Origin: Eledone cirrhosa
Taxonomy: Eukaryota
Direction of reading: 5' to 3'
Assembly: GCA_964016885.1 (NCBI GenBank)
Contig: OZ024742.1
Location: forward strand, 218,426,001 to 218,490,000
DNA length: 64,000 bases
Under the pieces are notes generated by a model. It did no database searches, was not told the DNA's origin, and saw only the letters and a program-made list of their open reading frames with translations. Position numbers and translations under genes: made by a program. How positions within the stretch are numbered: the first letter of the stretch is position 1; every line of letters starts with the position of its first letter. Positions 58,276 to 64,000 of the stretch are shown one piece after another.

Positions 58276-61200
58276 AACCACAATAATAATAATAATAGAA
58301 ACATTAACTACAGACACAGCAGCAGCGACCACAGTAGTAATAACGGTAACAATACGAGTAACAACAACAACAACTACAGTGGTAATAATAAAAATAATAT
58401 ATGTAGCAACATTAATGATAGACACAACAACAACAACAACAAAAACAGGAAACATAATAAAAGTAACAACCACAATGGTAGAAATAACAGTAACAACAAC
58501 AATAACGGTGAAGTAAACAACAATACATATAGCACACATAACAATAATAATAATGCTAATGATAGGAACAACAACAACCACCATAATAACAATAATAGCA
58601 ACACACACAACTATCACGATAGATATAATGACAACCCCTTAGAGAAACTATTCTTCAACCCAGCTGACAAAACATATAAGATGGGTAATATCTATCCTAC
58701 GAGGTTACCCTTTAATAAAAGGGTTTGCATTCCACAACAAATAGATGACAAAACAGAGGCACTGTTCACCATAGCTAAAAATAAGATTAGACAAATAGTA
58801 GACCGGTATACTAAGAGACAGCGGAGACCAGAGGTCCAACAACTTGGGAGGTAACCTGTAGAAGGCTTGGTTAGCTTCAAGCAGCGCACAAGGGATGGTG
58901 AGGTAGTATGTCTACCCACGGATAAGTCTGGTAGGATGTCAATAGAGAGCATGGCGAACTACATCAAGGCTATGCAACCCCACATCACCAACATGAGCGA
59001 AATTGCACAGCAAATACATGATGGAAGAGAGAAAATCCTCAACGCTCACATGATGATGTGGACCGACATCCTAAATCCAAGCATACGCACTGCCAACAAC
59101 TTCCAGGCGTCTAACAATGGCATACCACCCTTGTATGGGCTCCGCAAAGACCACAAGACAGTCGACGACCCGACAACAGGACCACCAACAAGACCTGTAT
59201 GCGGAGTAAATATAGCTAGCAACTACAGGATCTCCTACTTCCTCTCAATGGTTATACGCCCCATAATCAAGATGTCCCTAGATGTATGTGACAGTACAGA
59301 GGACCTCCTCAGCAGAATCAGTGAGTGCAACAAAAACAGGAACCTATCCAACTGCATAATAGGCAGTATGGATGTGGTATCACTGTACCCATCCATTAAC
59401 ATTGATTTTGCTGTGGAAAAATGTGTGGAGATGATCATTGAGAGTGAGGTGGAGTTCTGCGACGTCGACACAGACGAACTGGGCCTCCTACTTTGACTTA
59501 CCTACGACACTGACTACCTAGACAGCCATGACCTTAGACGTTTCTGCCCCAGTAGACCCATAAGAGGTAGACACCCCCACCATAACCTCAAAGGCAAAAA
59601 AGACTCCCATGGGAAGGTGGATTGGGTGGACCAAAGCTATACGGACCCCCCAAAACAATGATCAGTTAAGAAAAATGGTCGCACATGCAATAGGGGCTAG
59701 TATCAAAACTACCCTAAGGGCCACAAATTCAACGAGAAGATCTACACCCAAAATGAGGGAGCAGCCATTGGCGTCAGCTTAGCTGGTGACGTTGCCAACC
59801 TATTTATGGTATGGTGGGAAAGGAGACTCAAAGATCTCCTTGATGAGAGCTCCATAGACCTCATCATGTACTCTCGTTACGTAGACGACATCAATATAGT
59901 AATAAGGACATCCCCACAAGAGAGCACTAACAAGTTTGATTTAGAATATAGCACAATGGAAAGCATCCAGCAGATAGCTAATTCCATACACCAGAGTATA
60001 ACTGTAACTATCGACTACCCTTCCAAACACCCTAACAATAGACTACCTGTATTAGACACGGAACTCTGGATTAACACTATAGACGAGAGAGCCCAAATTC
60101 TCCACTCACACTATGCTAAAGCCTTGGCCTCCAAATACCTGATACTCAAAAACTCGGCAATGTCCAGTAGTGCTAAGTTTAATATTCTGATCGCAGAGTT
60201 AGTACGAGTGATGAAGAACGCGTCCCGCATGTGCGACCCAACAGAAATGGAAAGACACATCCAACACTTCATCAACCGCATGCAGTTCTCTGGCTACAAC
60301 CAAAGAGACAGATTCAGAGTATACGAAGGAGCCACGCAGAAGTATAAGACCCTCATAGAACTGGACATGAAAGGAATTTGCCCATTATACAGGAGCAAAT
60401 CATGGAATAGCTTAGATAGGACTAGACATAAGATAGGGAAAGCCACCTCATGGTACGACAACCAGAGCTACCAGAGTGTCATGTTTGTGGACGCTACCCC
60501 TGGAGGGAAATTAGCTAACCAGTGTAGAAAGGCCCTGAGAAAGACCCACTTAAAGATTAAGGTGGTAGAAAAGCCAGGAACCATCATAAAATTCATGATC
60601 AGCAAAACCTACTCTTTTAAGAAACCCACTGTACTAATAGGAAATGTATCATATGTAAAGTAAACCCCCAGATAAACTGTAAAACTAGAAACCTAGTCTA
60701 TAGCATAAGATGTACAGAGGGTACTTGCAGAAACATGACAACATACATAGGCGAGACAGCTCGTAGCATAGGTGAAAGGATAGACCAACACTGGGGGGAA
60801 CTAAAAGGACGAAAACACGGTTCAGTACTATACGAACATGCTAGACAGCAACACGACGGTAACATAGACAACATAGAAATTAGAATAGTATCTAAACATA
60901 GAAATGACCCAGCAGATATGCAAATCAGAGAGGCCAGTGAAATAGAACTTAGAAGACCAAGGCTAAACAGAAAAAATTAATGGAATAACAACAACACCCA
61001 AACAAACAATACTGACCTAAGAGAAGTATAAATAAATAAATAAATAAATACATTCACAAGCACAATAACAACAAACATATAAACACACACTAGTAAACTA
61101 AGATAGAATACAATAACCAATACACAGTCACCCAAACACGAACACACATCAAACAAAACACTATACACACACGCAAACGCATGCGCAAAGAAGACAAAAA

Positions 61201-61280
61201 ATAAACAAATAAATAAATAAATAAACAGACTAAATAAAGATGGCGTAAGCATACAATACAACGAGAGGAAACATAATAGC

Positions 61281-61322
61281 ACCACTGACGATGTTGCAGA
61301 TGTGCAACGAAAGAACTTTGTT
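61281..61322 (+). ncRNA. Penelope pLTR minimal hammerhead motif
   Basis: CUGACGA U GUUGCA GAUG UGCAAC GAAA GAAC UU^ UG; weak stem I; the inverted copy at 54777-54818 has G8A. Confidence 0.7.
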
Positions 61323-61520
61323 AGACTATATATGTGTTTGTATCTATATTATATTTGTATTTTTTACCGTTGGTCAGTCAATGGTAACATTGAGGACCGA
61401 ATAAATTAAATTAACCGATATAAAAGACACAGAAGCGAAAACCAACCAAACGGTGAGTGTGTTCTGTTATTAATTCTGGCAATATTATTACACAAATATG
61501 ACCCTCCCCAAGTCAAGTAT

Positions 61521-62025
<505 letters not shown>

Positions 62026-62756
62026 TATATACATACATATATACGTGTTTGTGTGCCTGCGTGTGTGATCTGAGCACGAAACCGAAAACTAAAAGAAGTG
62101 TAGGACAAGGGGAATAATAAGCAATTACTAGCTGGAGTCAGAACTAACATTAGAGTTATTTCCCGTGTAGTGTCATAGCAACATCAGTTTACTGCGTTTC
62201 GCGTGACATAACTCTCGGCTAGTAATAATAATAATACAGAAAACTATCATGCTTCATTCAGCTTGTTAACTAACCTGGTGAGTTATAGATACTTCTCTTA
62301 TTTCTTTCGGATTCTCTAATCCACTCTACGCACATTATCGATTAGGCCCTTTGTAGATTTTCAAATTTTATTTGAAATTCTTGCATTTATTTTGATATTG
62401 CCATGTCGTATGATGGAATCGTAGAACTGCTGTTGTGGTATACAATGTATCTTGGGTATATAGAATTTGGAGGAATTTGTCCCTCTCCAGGCATGAATAG
62501 AAACGATTTCGAGAGACAACGAAAGAATGAGGGTGGTGGAGATCGACCCCCAATACTAGGCTGGTATTTCATTTTGGAAAAAATAAGAAGCAAAGTTAAC
62601 ATGGGCGGAATTTGAACTAAAAAATCATAGAGAGTTGGAACGAATATCACAAGGCATTCTATCCGATATTCTAACGACTCCGCCAATCCGCCGCCTTTTT
62701 TTAGAAATTTGGATTCAAAATATAGAAGTTTCCCATTTACTGTTTTTGTAGGATAT

Positions 62757-62948
62757 AATAACTGTTTCTACTTTAGGCACAAGGCCAGCAATTACCCAGT
62801 GCATTACTGGTACTTTATTTTATCGACCCCGTAAGGATGAAAGGCAAAGTCAACCTCGGCGGGATTTGAACTCAGATCGTAAAGGGACGTAACTATGCTG
62901 GAAAGCATGGCGTCCGACCCTCTACCGATACTGCCAAACCACCGCCCT
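62757..62948 (-). mobile_element. Young short-form SINE with TSD
   Basis: TTTTTGTAGGATATAATAAC is duplicated on both sides; an older copy lies at 62540-62695. Confidence 0.9.
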
Positions 62949-63440
62949 TTTTTGTAGGATATAATAACGATGTCAAATGTGAAGTAAAATAACAGGCACA
63001 TGTATTTCTCACACACTCACAAAAAACAAACATATATACAGTCACGCACAAACACACACATATCATCATCATCATCATCATCATCATCATTATCATCATC
63101 ATCATCATCATCATCATCATCTATGTGAATGATCACAGCTGAAATGTCCTTGAATATTCCTGCTCAGTCTAACTTGACTGTGTACACTAAACAACAACTA
63201 TAATAAATACCAATTGAGGATGTAAAGGAAAATCTAATCAATATGATGTGTACATAATTAAGCAGCCAGTTTTAGTTACATAAACTGTTACCTGTCTATT
63301 TGATTGATAGAATTAGCTGCCGGCTACTTCAGTCTGTTTGTGTAGTAAAGATTATGCCTGTAAAACAATCTGATTTATTTAATCAAGAATTCTGATACAC
63401 AGCAGAATCCATTCTCCCACTTTAGTTATTTTTTTAAGTA

Positions 63441-63626
63441 TTGGCCAAATACCGGTTGCTCTCTGATAGGTTTGCGGTTGAGCCCATAGCAGTGGAGACT
63501 TCTGGTGTCCTTGGCCTTAGGAGTTGGCAACCCACAGGTGTGAGCCTCACAAGCTGGAATGGCTCTTCCAATGCGTCTCCCTCACCATCCTTTGGGGAAA
63601 CGCCTTCTCTTTTCTGTCGGCCAGAT
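63441..63626 (+). mobile_element. CRE-like LINE 3' fragment
   Basis: AKYRLLSDRFAVEPIAVETSGVLG..LEWLFQCVSLTILWGNAFSFL. Confidence 0.7.
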
Positions 63627-63734
63627 TAGTGGGTGAAGAAGAGCCAAATAATTCCAGTGGAAAGAAGCTGCAGCAGAGGAAGACCAAAGAATACCTGGAT
63701 GGAAGTGGTGAGAGCTGATCTCAGAACTGAAGTC

Positions 63735-64000
63735 AACTGCACTAGCTCTCTGCTACTCAGCAGCCGAGTATGCATGCTCAGTATGGGAGCGAGCTATCCA
63801 TGTCCAGAAGCTAGATCCTGCCCTCAATGCTACCTGCTGCCTCATCATAGGCTGCCTGAAATCTATACCTACGGACTGTCTGCATATCCTGGCAGGTATA
63901 GCCCCACCAGAGATATGACATAGTGCAGCAAGCAAGGAAGAGCATCAACAATAAACCATGTCCCAGCCAAAAGCTGCCTTAAATCCAGGAAAAGTTTCCT
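63735..64000 (+). mobile_element. Vingi/Ingi-like LINE fragment, preceded by a short RTE C-terminal piece (63633-63725)
   Basis: AEYACSVWERA..KLDPALNATC..IIGCLK..LAGIAPPEI; RGRPKNTWMEVV. Confidence 0.65.

Noticed and set aside
57772-58647. Segment missing from the minus arm read as a spliced intron
   Set aside because: The nearby GT and AG do not match the observed junction (CAATA|ACTATTC); it is a deletion
59494-59496. In-frame TGA read as selenocysteine recoding
   Set aside because: The other arm has AGA (Arg) here; a simple nonsense mutation

Overview
A gene-free, repeat-saturated animal genomic window. It is probably cephalopod (Octopus-like), inferred only from the SINE families and the abundance of (TA)n, (CA)n, (ACC)n and (GATA)n. 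I see no convincing host exon, and almost all listed ORFs are microsatellite artefacts. Recognisable transposons are: about 25 tRNA-derived SINE copies, three Tx1/L1-type LINE fragments, RTE, Vingi-like and CRE-like LINE remnants, deleted Helitrons, hAT remnants (including a MITE with an 8-bp TSD), and a ~7-kb inverted pair of Penelope-like elements (RT + C-terminal GIY-YIG). The main unexplained signal sits inside the (TA)n tracts: at least ten distinct families of small non-coding inserts carry type I hammerhead ribozyme (HHR) motifs, many with non-canonical cores (U3-A8 with a large covarying stem II, U4C, no stem II, non-Watson-Crick 10.1/11.1). Many share Penelope geometry: an asymmetric inverted repeat whose one arm carries a 35-165 nt tail. 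Several form 510-600 nt ORF-less units in which the start of the unit is repeated at its 3' end. I interpret these as candidate non-autonomous, Penelope-mobilised, retrozyme-like elements. All ribozyme calls are by-eye folds and none was tested.
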